Numbered from the stretch's first letter, positions 12,411-25,431 are shown. The stretch: 64,000 nucleotides of DNA from Camelus ferus (GCF_009834535.1 NC_045697.1:104782001-104846000), one strand, 5' to 3'. Numbers and translations: made by a program. The notes: generated from the sequence alone by a model not told the origin.

Positions 12411-13709
12411 TTGCTTCTGCAGTTGTCCGGTTGGATAACTTTTTGGCAGTTTCTGAGACTTTTGATATTATAGAAACTATAGCTGCTTCCTGATTCTTAG
12501 TCTCTGTGTAACACTTCCCTGAGTAGTAGCTTCCCCTTCTGTAGACCCACTGGTGAGCTGCAGATACAACCTACAGAGATAAGAAAACTGTCCCTTCGCA
12601 GATGCGACGGAAAGGAAGCATATTTCTCCCCTCGGAGACCACAGGTGGTATGCAGACTGGGCGTTGTTGTTCTAGAACTTTCGATGAGCCTCCAGCCCCT
12701 TCTGCCTCCCTGTGCGTTTTTGCTCTGAGTTGTGAGGGGCTCTGCTGTTGCTGTTGAGGTGAGGCCTGAGAGGGAGTGGCTGCCCCTGGTCCGGGGACGT
12801 GCGCTGGAGCCCTGACGGTTTCTTATCTGCTGTGAGGCTCAGATGACACGTGGTTCGTTCTGGTCCTGCTAAGCGGTTTAGGGACTTTTGCCAGGGCACG
12901 GTGACAGCTTTAGGGTGGCTTCTCCGTGTGTGAGAGCAAGTCTGCTCTCTCCCCGCGTGGCCCCACGAGGCTTTGGGGGTAGGCGTTTGGCTGTGTTCCT
13001 CACTGACCAGTCCAGCAAACCTCTGGCCGGGCTTGAGCCTGGCAGCGGAAAGCTCGGTGATGCTCTCATAAGCTGTCGTAATGCGTTTTCTCCTTTTGGA
13101 CCTGAGTGTGTGTTTATACTCAGCTGCGTCAAGGTGGATGTGCCAGATTGGAGTTTCAACTCCGGATCCAAGTCTGTTTACGAACCATTAGGAAATTGGA
13201 TTTTCTTGCTTTGCCAGTTGAATGCAGGTCCGTGGGGCTTGATGGAATCGTCCGGCGAGTGTGTGTTTTCCAGCCTTGGCCTCATGGTGAACCTGAGGCT
13301 TGGAGATGGCGCCTTCCTGGCAGCTGGGCTGGTCTGTGAATCACACTGACTGGGCTCCGGGGCTGATTCACGGGCGTGCCACCTCCACCGGTGTCTGCGC
13401 GCCGCCTCTGGTGGGGACCTATTGCTTCTCTAGATAGTAAATGACCTGGGAGGAACGGGGAAGTGTACTTTTTGTTTGTTTGTTTGTTTAATTACTGAGT
13501 AACGCACGTGAAGTTACACATTGGAGCCTGTATTAGTACAACAATAGTTTCTAAAAACTAGATTCTACTTGCTGTCGGTGGGGAGATATCTTGATAAATG
13601 GGAACCAAAGAGGAGTTTGCAGGTCCAGCCACTGTGTGGTTCTCTTTAATCACAATCTGATGAAAGGAACCCAGTTAGGTAATAGAGTCCAAGGAAGTCC
13701 TGCTGCCGG

Positions 13710-13763
13710 TCTCATGCACAAGGTCCTGGGTTCAATCCCCACTACCTCCATTAAAAAAAAAAA
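13710..13763 (+). mobile_element. 5'-truncated camelid tRNA-Ala-derived SINE (vic-1 type)
   Basis: catgcacaaggtcctgggttcaatccccactacctcca followed by an A tail; matches the 3' half of the copies at 38190 and 52345. Confidence 0.8.
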
Positions 13764-14744
13764 TGACGTAGGTTTGTAACAGGGAAGCCCTTGTTAGAAA
13801 TGTCTATTAATAATTGGCACCAAGAGGACAAAATAGTTTGAAATAGATGGATCTGTAGCCTCTGAGCCTGGCTTAGACATGCTTTTGTGTGTATGTGTGT
13901 GTGTTTGGATTTAAACATGGACTGAGGAAAGTTGGTGTCATCTGCCAATGACAGATGTTACCATTGTTGGTAGGAAATGGGTCTCTTTTGTCCCTCACAT
14001 CTCCTGGTGTAGCGTTAACTGTGGGACTCTGGAGGAACTCAAGCATGCATGGTGTATACAGTGGGCTACAACTCTTTAACCTGGGGCTCGACATACTGAG
14101 ATCTGCCAGGACCCGGGTGCCTTCCGCAGATGTGTTAGAGTCAGACCTGCCTGCCAGGAGTGCCGAGCAGTGACTGTACTCCAGCAGGTGTGCTTACTGT
14201 GGTCTGTTTTGTCTCCGGGTCTTTGACAGCCTTACCCCCCATCTCAGTTTGGGTGAAAACACCAAGAGCAGGAAAGAGATGTTTGCAGTAAGACTGCCCT
14301 CTTCCATCCCTCCCAAAGAAACTGGCCTGTTACTCACTGAAACAGCATTTCCTTCCTGGGTCCAGCTTCAGTCTTCCTGAACACATGGTTTCGGGCCGTT
14401 GTCACTGCTGGCTTGCCAGCACATTTTATGACGTCTGTAATCCCTACCCTGGAGGCCTGAGTGTTGTCATCTTTTTGCTCTGGTGTCATGTTGTTAAGTG
14501 TTGAGCGAGTGGTACAGAGAATAAGTTCTGTGGGAGTTCAGAAGGTGACAGGTACACGTTATACTGATCAGGAAAGATCAGATGGTTGGAAGAAGGGCTT
14601 GATCTGTGCCATGAAGGGAGGATAGGCTAGAAATGGATGGTGGGGAGGGAGCTGTCTGGTGAACAAAGGGACGGAAGAAGGAAGTGCAAACCCTAACCTG
14701 GGGAGTGTAAGTCAGTTTGGTAGATTGGGAGGGTTTCTGTGGGG

Positions 14745-14875
14745 CAGTGGTTCTCTTAGTGTGTCAGTCACATCCGGGTCCTATCCTTAGAGTTTCTGTG
14801 TTAGCCGGCCTACGGCAGGGCTCTGGGTGTGCATGTCTAACAAGTTCCCAGGTGATGCTGCTGCTGCTGGTCCCG
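14745..14875. mobile_element. MER5A fragment
   Basis: cagtggttctc...tgcatgtctaacaagttcccaggtgatgctgctgctgctggtcc. Confidence 0.7.
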
Positions 14876-17489
14876 CTGTAGGGGAAGGTCAGATGCTGCT
14901 GGAGGAGTCACATGCAGGTCAGATGCTGTGGTGGCGGTGAGCGGGGCAGCTGTGCTGTCCAGCTCCAGACATCACTGTTCTGTTCTGGGGCCGAGCGGGC
15001 CCGGGGCCACTGAGCAGCAGCCCTGCCGGGGTCTGGAGCACCGGCCTGAGGAGCTGGCACTGGACTGTAGGTTGTAAGAAGCCATGGAGAATTTTATCAG
15101 GATCTTGTTATTGGCATTAACTTCTTGTTAATTTAATAGCAGAGGGGGAAGTAGCCAGAGATGGTTAGACGGACTGAAGGGCAGGGCCGTGTCCAGTGGG
15201 TGGGGAATTCATGGATTTAGGAAGAAGATCTGGAAGGAAAGAAGGAGGAAGAGTGCAAAGTGACCCAACATTTCCATCAGCTTGGGAGCCTGGAGAGTGA
15301 CGCTCACATTGACACAAAGGGAAACTCAGAGCACGGGCTGCTCCAGGGCTGGGGAACCTCGCAGTTACTTAAAAACTGAGTTGAAGTTGTTTTTATCTTC
15401 TCTTCCCAGGAGATTGTCTATCTTGTTTTCAAAGGGAAGGGTCTAGTAATGTTCCATGCCTTCCACTTGTTTTTATCTTTAATGTCTAAGCTTTTCATGA
15501 GTCTAAACATGCAATCACTTGTCTCCCAAAATAATTTCTTCTTATCCTGAGGTTTACATGGAAGAATATTGTTTAAAAAGCGTCTTAGCCATTCCAGTAT
15601 AATTTTCTCTTGATTTTTACTTATACCCTTATAGTCTTCCCTTACGTATAAGTGAAAGTGTATTATTAAAAGTCATTTGTTGTGATTTTTAGTGATAGGG
15701 ACACTAATTATATTGGGTTGCAGCATAGCTCTTTAATTTTTCTGTAAGTTTTCCGTTTCTAGTCATTCTGGCCTTACAAACACTCCCACCTTGGTTTACA
15801 TTTGGCTTTTTCCTTTTTTTTTTTTTTAAAGTAATACATATTCATTGTAGAAAATTTGGAACAAAATTAATTGGAAGTTTAATGAAAAGGAAGAATCCGC
15901 TGTAAACTACCCATAAATGACACCTTTAACATTTTCATTCACGTCACTCAGTCTCTCCATGGCTGCGTGTGGATCAAGGTGTAGATGCTGGTCTGTCTGT
16001 TCAGTGTTGAGGCTGTCATGCCAGCACGTGGAGTTAGGGGACAAATTCCCCCTGCCTTTCCTCTGCCCCAGGACCTGGCTACCCCTGTATTTTGCGTGGG
16101 GCTGGACGACTGAGAGTGACAGTGGGAAACCAGATGCTGACACGGACAAGGAAGGGGTCAGGCAAGCAGGGCTGGAAGTGACAAGGGCAGAGCTTGGCAC
16201 TTGGATGAGATGCTCTGATCATCATGTGTCCTTGGGATCTGTCCTCCTGAGGCTCTAGGGCCTTGGGAAGGAGGAGGCTGGGAAAAACCGGTGGAATAAA
16301 CTGTGACAGCAGGGACCACACAGCTCTGTCCTGGGCGTCTCCTCACCCTGTCCACGGAGAGGGATTTGAGAAGGGGAAGTTCCTCGCTGATGGAGCAGAG
16401 AGAAGGAACCACTGAGGTCAGTGACAGGTCGGCCTCAGCCCGGGCAGGGCAGCCCCAGGGGGTGGTACAGAGCACATGACAGTCAAGGCAGGTGGTGACA
16501 GAGCTTAAGGCACAGCCAGGTGACCAGATGCCCAAGGGGGTGTTGCTAGAACAGCTGTGAGAGGGGCTCTGGTGACATTGGAGCGGGCCAAAGACAAAAG
16601 TAGCACCTGGAGCCCAGAGAGGCAGAGGCACCCAGAGCATCTCAGCTTTGCGTGTGTGTGTTTCGACGGGGGTCAGCCCTTTCCCCCTGACCGCTCATCT
16701 TTGGGAATGAAGGAAAAGAAAGAAGGACTAAAGGTTTTATTTGGCTGTAGGAGCCATTGATCCTGCAGACTTAGGGAGTAACTGTTGGTGACCTTACTTA
16801 GGACCCAGAAACTGCTGGGGCACGGGTGTGGTGACCATTTAATATGTTGACCAAACTGGGACACATTTACTTTGGGCTGGACTTGGCCAGGCAGGATCAC
16901 CCTAGAAATCGGGATTTTCAGGTCACATGTACACATTAAAAAACGTGTGGGAACTGCTTTTATAGCTTACATACCTCCTTCCCAAAGTCCTATACTGTTT
17001 TCATGCTTTGAGTTTTTTGTTCTGCCTTAAAAAAAAAAGAAATGAAGGATAATAGTACTTTATTATATTAGGACTATTTTCCTATACTAAGTATTTTACT
17101 AAAAAGAATTGTTAGTTTTATTGATGGCATAATGTTAATTTAGATTCCTTTCCGGTCATTGTCTACTAGGAATGAGAGCAAAATAAATCTTTGGGTATAT
17201 TTCAGTATTTCCGCAGAAGTCATTTTCTTGGAATACAATGATGGGTCAGATTATATAGTTCTGGATAGGTATTGCCAATTCTAGGTGTTTAGGTTGAATC
17301 TAAATTCCTAAGTTGAAAAACTCTTTATGGTTGAACTGCTTGGATTTGGAAGTACTGTGAAATACATGGTTTTTAAAAAATCACTAAATAGTTTTTACCA
17401 GTTAGTATTTCTCCTGTGACCTTGGACCACCAAGGGGTGATACAGTGAAGCAACAACTTGAATAAAGAAAACACTTTTGGAGAAAGTGG

Positions 17490-17620
17490 GGTGGCAGGGA
17501 GGGAAAATTAGGAGTTTGGGATTAACAGATACACACTACTAGTATGTATGTACGTGAACTGAGTCACTCTGCTGACACCTGAACTAACCATATTGTAAAT
17601 CAGCTATACTTCAATAAGAA
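17490..17620 (+). mobile_element. L1 3' tail fragment (internally deleted)
   Basis: aattaggagtttgggattaacagatacacactacta...actgagtcactctgctgacacctgaactaac...attgtaaatcagctatacttcaat. Confidence 0.8.
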
Positions 17621-18576
17621 GTTGTTTGTTTTGGGGGGAAAAGTCCTATAGACAAAAATAAACATTTTTTTCACATTGTTTAAAAAGAAAAAACAAAAAC
17701 ACTTATATTGCTAATGCAGAATCTTTCCACATGGCTGTGGAGTGAATGTCTTAGAGAGACTGGATTATACTGAATTTAACTCTGGTGTGTGTCGGGTGTG
17801 GGCAAAGACGTGTTTGCCTGTGAAACATCCTGGTTTTACTGCCCGTTGGCATAGTATGGTTGAAAGATCAACTGTTGGGGGTGTTGAGCTTCGGGTAGTC
17901 TTCACGCAGAACGTGATTCTGTGTGTCTGTGGTGACAGTTGTATAGCATCACGGAGTGCTGGTGACGTTTCTCGTGTGGCACGTGCATTTGGTCAGCATG
18001 AAAGCAGCACATTTGCAGCAGTGGGTTCTTCCAGTGTGAGTCAGCTGTACAGCTGACCAGTCAGCTACTGGGTATAGAATACTACTTTGTGGAAATGCTT
18101 GTCAGCGAAAAAAAAAAAAAAAAAAAGTCTGCCTGACCTCAGCAAGAACTACTGCTGGGAAGTCGGCTTTGAGAGAACCATGTGTGTAGATTTCTGGGTC
18201 AGATGCTGTGTGGTACCTGCTTCGGTCATTGCTGGTGTCTCAGTGTAGCAGGCCAGCCCTGTGTCTTGGTGCCCATTACTGACTGTGTTACAGCCTGCTG
18301 AGAGGGGTCAGACCAGTTTGCAGACAGGGAAGAAGAAACTTCTGGGAACTTCATGTGTCAATACTTCCCCGTTTATTTGAAAGCCTCTCAGAGTCCTTCC
18401 TAGCTCAACGAGTCTTTAAAGATTCAGAAGACCCAGGAAGGCTTGCCTTCTATTTTAAGTATAATGGACTGCAGCCCATTCCGAAATGATGAAGTGGATG
18501 AAGGCTTATGTTCTAACAGTTAAGAAAATAAAATGTTGTTGTAAATATGACACTCAGATAATAATACCTACGCTAA

Positions 18577-20054
18577 CAGTAATCAAAACATCATGGTATT
18601 AATACAAAAGCAGACATATGGATTAATGGAACAGAATAGAGAGCCCAAAAGTAAACCCCCAGACTTTTGGTCAGTTAATCTTTGACAGAGGAGGCAAGAA
18701 TATACAATGGAGTGAAGATAGTCTCTTTAGCAAATGATGTTGGGAAAACTGGACAGAAGCATGTAAATCAGTGAACTGAGAACACTCCCTCACACCATAC
18801 ACAAAAGTAAACTCAATATGGCTTAAAGACTTAAATATAAAACAAGACATTATAAACCTCCTAGAAAATATAGGCAAAACATTCTCTGACATAAATCTCA
18901 GCAATGTTCTCCTAGGGCAGTGTACCCAGGCAATAGAAATAAAAGCAAAAATAAACAAATGGGACCTAATTAAACTTAAAAGCTTGTGCACAGAAAAGGA
19001 AACCATAATCAAAACAAAATAACAACCCACGGAATGGGAGAAAATATTTGCAAAAGATGAGACTGACAGAGCTTAATTTCCAGAATATATAAACAGCTCA
19101 TACAACTTAAAAAAATCCCAATCCAAAAATGGGCAGAAGACCTAAGCAAGCAGTTTTCCAGTGAAGACATTTAAGTGGCCAATAGGCACATGAAAATGTG
19201 CTCAGTATTGCTAATTATCAGAGAAATGCAAACCAAAACTACAATGAGGTATCACCTCACACCAGTCAGAATGGCCATCATTATAAAGTCCATGAATGAT
19301 AAATGCTAGAGAGGGTATGGAGAAAAAACGGAACCCTCGTACACTGTTGGTGGGAATGTAGTTTGGTGCAACTGTTATGGAAAACTGTATGGAGATTCCT
19401 CAAAAAACTAAAAATAGACTTACCATATGATTCAGCAATCCACTCCTGGGCATATATCCAGAGGGAACTGTAATTTAAAAAGATACATGTACCCCCAGTG
19501 TTCATAGCAGCATTATTTACAATAGCCATGACATGGAAACAACTTAAATGTCCATCGATAGATGACTGGATAAAGAAGCTGTGGTATATTTATACAATGG
19601 AATACTACTCGGCCATAAAAAAGAATAAAATAATGTCATTTGCAGCAACATGGATTGACCTGGAGATTGTCATTCTAAGTGAAGTAAGCCAGAAGAGAAG
19701 GAACAATACCACGTGATATCACTTATATGTGGAATCTAAAAAAAAAGACAAATGAACTTCTCTACAAAACAAAAACAGACATAGAAAACAAATTTATGGT
19801 TATGAGGGGGAAGGGGGTGGGAAGGGATGAATTGGGAGCTCAAGATTTGCAGATACTAAGTAGTATGTATAAAATAGGTAAACAACAAGTTTCTACTGTA
19901 TAGTGCAGGGAACTATATTCAGTATCTTGTAGTAACCTATAATGAAAAAGAATATGAAAAGGAATATATGTATGTATATGTATGACTGATACATTATACT
20001 TTACACCAGAAATTGACACAACATTGTGGACTGACTAGACTTCAATTAAAAAAA
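18577..20054 (+). mobile_element. 5'-truncated LINE-1 (about 1.5 kb; ORF2 C-terminus, 3' UTR, A tail) with TSD
   Basis: ORF 19498-19716 ([43 protein letters not shown]) is the L1 ORF2 end. TSD aatacctacgctaa (18563-18576) and aatacctaagctaa (20055-20068). Confidence 0.95.
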
Positions 20055-21894
20055 AATACCTAAGCTAAAGAGGTAGAATAACTTTGAATATTGACTCCTT
20101 TCATTCCAAGGACTTCTGTGATTAAGATTTAAGATTGGAGCAAGGGTGTTTATGCATTTTGAAGCATCAGTAAGTCAAACAAACAAGCAAAGAAATAGCT
20201 AGCTAGCTGGAGTTCTGCTATTTTAGATTTTAGCCAGTTTTCTAATGATGACTTGTGGGGTTTAATTCCTTCTGCTGAGTCTGTAATCCAGTATTCCACT
20301 TTGCTGCCTCTGTCCTCTGGTCCTGGATTTAATGTTCATTGATAGGGCTTCCCAGTTTTTTAAATGCGACTTGACAACGTGTGTACTTAAGTGGAAGCTG
20401 TATTACAGACTTCAGATTGATAGCGTGTAACTTACAGAATGTAAGTATTGCCAAGATAGTGGTTTTGATATCTTAAGCATCTCCTTGAATTCCTTGGACA
20501 TCTTTGAAATGGCTGCATGTGCATGGTACTCAGGACATAAATGACAATTGATTTATGCCTTCAAAAAAAAAGGTCATTTGGCAACCTCCCCCCATCCACC
20601 CCCAATGTTGCCTTATCTGAGCTCTTTCCTCTTAAAATCCAGGTACTAAGTCTGTCCATGGTCTTTACTAGGAAGATGTGAATTTGGTTTTCCCCCTGTC
20701 ATTGTTAACTGTGACTTTGGTCAGTTACTTGTGATTTCGTAGCAATCACTGCATACAAGGAAGACTGTTCTCTGTGAGATTTTAATATCTCAGTAGGCTT
20801 CAAAATACCTATAAGGGCTTGGCACATAGATGACTGTTAGATGACACTCATTTTCTTTATCCTTTCGGTATGCAGACCACTCCTTATTTTCATAATGGTA
20901 TCACTGAATAGTTTTTTTTTTTTTTTTTAGGGTCCCAAGTTCGTAGTAAGAAACTGAACCTTGGAATTCCTTTTATAGGATAAACTTATTTCTGATCTTG
21001 GGAGAATTGAGGTTGGTGTGTTCATATTTCTTGATAAGAATTTTTCTAGGCTGGGTCATTTAAAAACTCTTGGTTTCCAAATTTTCCATGTGCAAGGTAG
21101 CTTTTTTGGTTAAAGATGGGAGACCCTTGGGGAAGGAAAGCAGTTCTAAACTGCCTGAGTGGAACTTGCCTTCAGGCAGCTGGAGGGCCTGTAAGCCTTT
21201 TTTTAAGCAGCTGCATGATATCAAATAACTGATTTACATTAATGTTAGTATGAGAAGCAGATGGAGTAATGTCTTTCAGTGTGTTTTGTGAATCTGGCAA
21301 TACCAGCTTTCAAGGTATGTGACCCCCTTGGATAATTGCCCTGTGGAGATGGGAAGTGTGGTAACCTCCTGAGGGTCCATATAAAGGAATTCAGTTCTTT
21401 CTCCTGGCAGAGAACAGTAACGACTCAGAATTTATAGGGTTCTCCCCCTCAACTTTTCCATCAGCTGACTCAACCTAGTTGCTGTCCCATTTGTAGGAAC
21501 AGAAGGGGGAAGACATTCTGTGAAACATTTTGATTTGCAGGATAGTAGGAAAAAATTTGTGATGTTTCAGAGGACAACTGAAGATAAAACGGTAACTGAA
21601 AATGGACCATTGGTAGATATGCTGCAGGTCATATATACTGCATAGTTTTGGGGTTTGAATTAATGTATAACAATAACTACTGTCTCTTTACACAGAAGAT
21701 CTGTTAAAAGTTATTTGGGGTTATGGTTGAGGAAAGATGGGTGCCAAAATGAATCGATGTTCAGTCTCCATTTCTTTCTCCCCTACTCTTTCTGCTCAAC
21801 CCAACGTTGGCTGTTTTTTGCTTTCCCTGTTCTGGTGATGATTGCCCTCCCCAAGGTCACGCCTCTGATCTTCTTGGACTCAGCATAGTGGAGG

Positions 21895-23034
21895 TAATAC
21901 AGGAAAATGAGGGGGGCAGGGGCACGAGAGGATGGCTGTGTCCCAGGTGTCAGATGGATCCCTGGGATGTGCCCCGCCAAGTGAGGGTCCTTGGCTTTGC
22001 ACAGGAAAGAATTCAAGAGCGAGCCAGTTGAGTAAGAGTAGCTTTATTTAGAGAGATGTATGGGGGTGAGGAGGGGAGTGGTTAAAGTAGAAGTAGATAC
22101 ACACTCCATAGACAGTGTAGGCCGTCTCATAAGAGAGAATGACTGCCAGATGTGGTGTTGGTTGTTTTTGTTTTTTAATTAATTGTTTTTTAAATTGAAG
22201 TACAATCAATTACAGTGTGTCAGTTTCTGGTGTACAGCACAATGTTCCAGTCATGTATATACATACATATATATTCATTTTCATTAAAGGTTATTACAAG
22301 ATACTGAATATAGTTCCCTGTGCTATATGGAAGAAATTTTTTAAAATCTATTTTTGTTTATAGTAGCTAACCTTTGCAAATCTCAAAATCCCAAATTTAT
22401 CCCTTCCCATCCTCTTCCCCCCCGTAACCATGATTGTTTACTCTGTCTGCGAGTTTCTTTCTGTTTGTAGATGAGTTCATAGTGTCCTTTTTTCTTTTGA
22501 TTCCACATATGAGTGATAACATATGACATTTTTCTCTTTCTGGCTTCACTGAGAATGGTGATCTCCAGTTCCATCCATGTTACTGCAAATGGCATTTTAT
22601 TCCTTTTTATAGCTGAGTAGTAGTCCATTGTAGAAATATACCACAACTTCTTTATCCAGACATCTGTCAATGGACATTTAGGTTGTTTCCGTGTCTTGGC
22701 TGTTGTAAATTCTGCTGCTATGAACACTGGGGGCTAGTTTTCATGTGCTAACAAGTGAGAGGATTATTCCAACTACTTTGAGGATGGGGCAGGGATTCCC
22801 AGGAATTGGGCCACAGCCCTCTCTTTGACCTTTCTTGCTTAGCTCAGAATTGTCATGGTACCTCTGGGTATGTCATTCACCATGCTAGTACATTATAGGT
22901 CAAAGGTCACTGGAGGTCGAACCTCCCATCTTGGGCCTCCAGGTCTATTGGGAGTTGACTTCTCCATCATCCTGGTGCTACTTACTGTGTCCTTCCTTTA
23001 ATGGCTGTGTCCTGCCCCCTTCCTTCCTGTCTCA
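21895..23034 (-). mobile_element. ERV1-type solo LTR interrupted by an L1 insertion
   Basis: gtccttggctttgcacaggaaagaattcaagagcgagcc, minus-strand AATAAA (tttatt near 22043), end ...ttcctgtctca at 23034. Possible 4-bp TSD gagg/gatg. Confidence 0.7.
22164..22732 (-). mobile_element. 5'-truncated L1 inserted into the LTR
   Basis: Minus ORF 22383-22727 ([43 protein letters not shown]) is the ORF2 end. T-rich tail at 22164-22195. Confidence 0.9.
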
Positions 23035-25362
23035 GATGCTTTTTGGTTCTTATCTTCACCCCTTGGCAGCATTTGATACATTGTGAGTTGCACTCTTTTT
23101 CTTAAAGGGCACCCTGCCCTATTCTGAAGGACTGCTCTGTCCTTCCCCTGCAGAAAGTTAAGTCTCTTGCTCACTTGTCACCAAGCTGGAAGCTAGGAGA
23201 TCAGGGTTGTAACACATACAAGGTGTGATAGGCCTTGGGAAGACAGGAGGGAAACTGGAGGACCAGGTGTGAATTCCTGGTAGAAGTAGTATTGAATTTT
23301 CTTTTCTCCCACTTAGGTGGCCTCTGACGTGCACTTGGCACAGCGGGGGCTCAGTATTTGAATGAATAAGGGCAGGGTTTAAACACACAGATTGGACCAG
23401 GGAAGAGTATTTTCAGTGTAGGAAAACATGGTGAGCAGCATGTCAGCCAAGGGGGAAGGTGGAGCTTGTGAAGGTGAAAATGAATCATTCCTTGGCTGGA
23501 GTGGAGGGGGTTGGTGGGGCTGGAGGAGGGCAAGTGCCTGTTCTCGCCAGACTGGAAGGCTGCCAACCAAGGGATCTGTGGTTGGGCTTGCTAGGCGGGG
23601 GTGGGAGGGAAGGGTTCTGAGCAGGAGGGGCTGCAGGCATTGGGAAAACTAGTGCGCTGGAAGGGATTGGGATGAGGAGAACCTCATTTGGATCTCACCT
23701 CTGGGCTCTTCTCAGGCATTTGGCCCCTGGACGGGCTAAGTCCTGTAGCCGCTGCCTTCATGCTGCGTTGGCTCAGTCCTGTCGTCCTTTGGTCACTTCA
23801 CCCGAGCTGCCTGGTCCCATGACCAGTGACCACTGGTCTCCTATCGCCTTGTGTGCACAGCATATCAACAGCCTAACTCTGGTCTTTTGATAACACGAAT
23901 ATCAACATGGTAACCTTAGGAGAAATCATGGTACCCAGTGGGAAATACAGCCACATTATGGTTGGAGTTGATTGGAAGCACCAGATCTGAAGGGAGCGGG
24001 TCTGGGATTGTAGAAGGTGAGCGAAGAGGCTGTGTGAGGGGGTGACTTGGATACGATTAGGAGTAAGGGGCTTAGGGTAAAACTGGGGCTCAGTTTTTGT
24101 CTTCAAACCCTAATTAATTGTTCCCAGGTATGAAAAAAATTCATGAGAACAAAACTCTCCTCTCTTCCTCTGCAGGTGTCCTTTCCCCAGTATCTGCAAA
24201 CCAACCCCTCCCCCCCAAAAACACCCTATACTGACATCATAATAGCTTGTTTTCTTTAAAAGAGTAAGTACTTCTGAGATCAAGTGAAAGTATGAAGGAA
24301 AAATTTTGAAAGCACTTCTTTTTGTCCAAACCTTGGTGAGCGTGGGGACAAGGACCAAAGGTGGGGTGGTAAGTACCTTGGGCCGAGGACAGTCCCCTTT
24401 CTTCACGTCTGCCGACCCCCCCACCCCATTCCTTTGTACATGTTTGGGAATGTTCCGTGTGTGTGACGTGAGCAGTGGGTAATCAGCAGGCTGCCTTATC
24501 TCAGTAAGTGATATCTACGCTAGATTTTTCTTGTGGGTGAAAGAAAAAGAGTCAATCTGAGATATTTGGAGAGAACCATGATTATGTATTTTGGTAGATT
24601 CCTGTGACATAGGGAAAGCAAGGTATTTTCTTATGCCTGAGAAAATATTTGTGCTTTATTGTTATTTGTAAGCTATGAAGCAACATCTGGAAAGTCACTC
24701 AAATGGAGTCAAACGAGGACTGCATCAGAGCGTCAGTTAATATTGTGCTCATAAATGTGACGATGCTGTAAATCTACCCATTCAGTTCTTGCAACAGTAG
24801 CAGCTTTCCTCAGCTACTGGGATTTTCAGCAAACTGATGACCTGGGTGCAAACTGCATGGTGGTGGTTGCTTTTGTGAGAGCAGGTCCAGCTGTCTTTGA
24901 GGGGTGAGTACGGGGAAAAGAGGCTCCTTTGCTTAAATATTATTTGCTTTCCTTTCCATGTGTGGAAGTCGATTTACCTATAATCTTAAATTCAGTTTGG
25001 TAAAGTATAATCTAAGTAGTATTTTGTCCAGGTGTATTTCTCTGGAAGTCGGCTGAGTGCTGCTTGGCTCTGGTCTCCACATATTTTAAGTGAGAGATTC
25101 AGAAATTCCCAAGTAACATAGTATCCTAATTCTGGAACTGAAGAGACTGTGGTCCCTTGGACCAATCTCATGCTTTAAATAAATGTGTCAGGTGCATAGA
25201 GGGGCTGCCCAGTGTCACACAGCTGGGTGGTCTGAGAACTCAGATCTTTTGTATTTTCACTTCCTGCTCAGGGCTTTCCCCAATCAACTAGAGTTTTTCT
25301 CTGTAAAGTAATGATAGGTGTCATTTAAAGTCAGAACATTCCTGTTGGTCCAGGGATATAGG

Positions 25363-25431
25363 ACCCACATGAAAAGTGGGCATCTCATTAGCTCTCTTTG
25401 ATGAGAAAAGATGCCCGCTTTTCATGTGGGT
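25363..25431. repeat. 23-bp inverted repeat (69-nt hairpin)
   Basis: acccacatgaaaagtgggcatct (25363-25385) pairs with agatgcccgcttttcatgtgggt (25409-25431): 22/23 Watson-Crick plus one U-G on the + strand. Confidence 0.92.

Noticed and set aside
12888..13349. 153-aa + strand ORF
   Set aside because: Non-ATG start in GC-rich sequence, no recognisable domain and no exon structure.
13375..13415. CTCF-like motifs (minus strand ccaccagaggcggcgc)
   Set aside because: The spacing of the GGC core departs from the CCACCAGRKGGCR consensus, so it cannot be supported without a PWM scan.
16158..16640. 160-aa minus-strand ORF
   Set aside because: Low-complexity Ser/Pro/Leu/Cys composition typical of non-coding GC-rich DNA, with no recognised homology.
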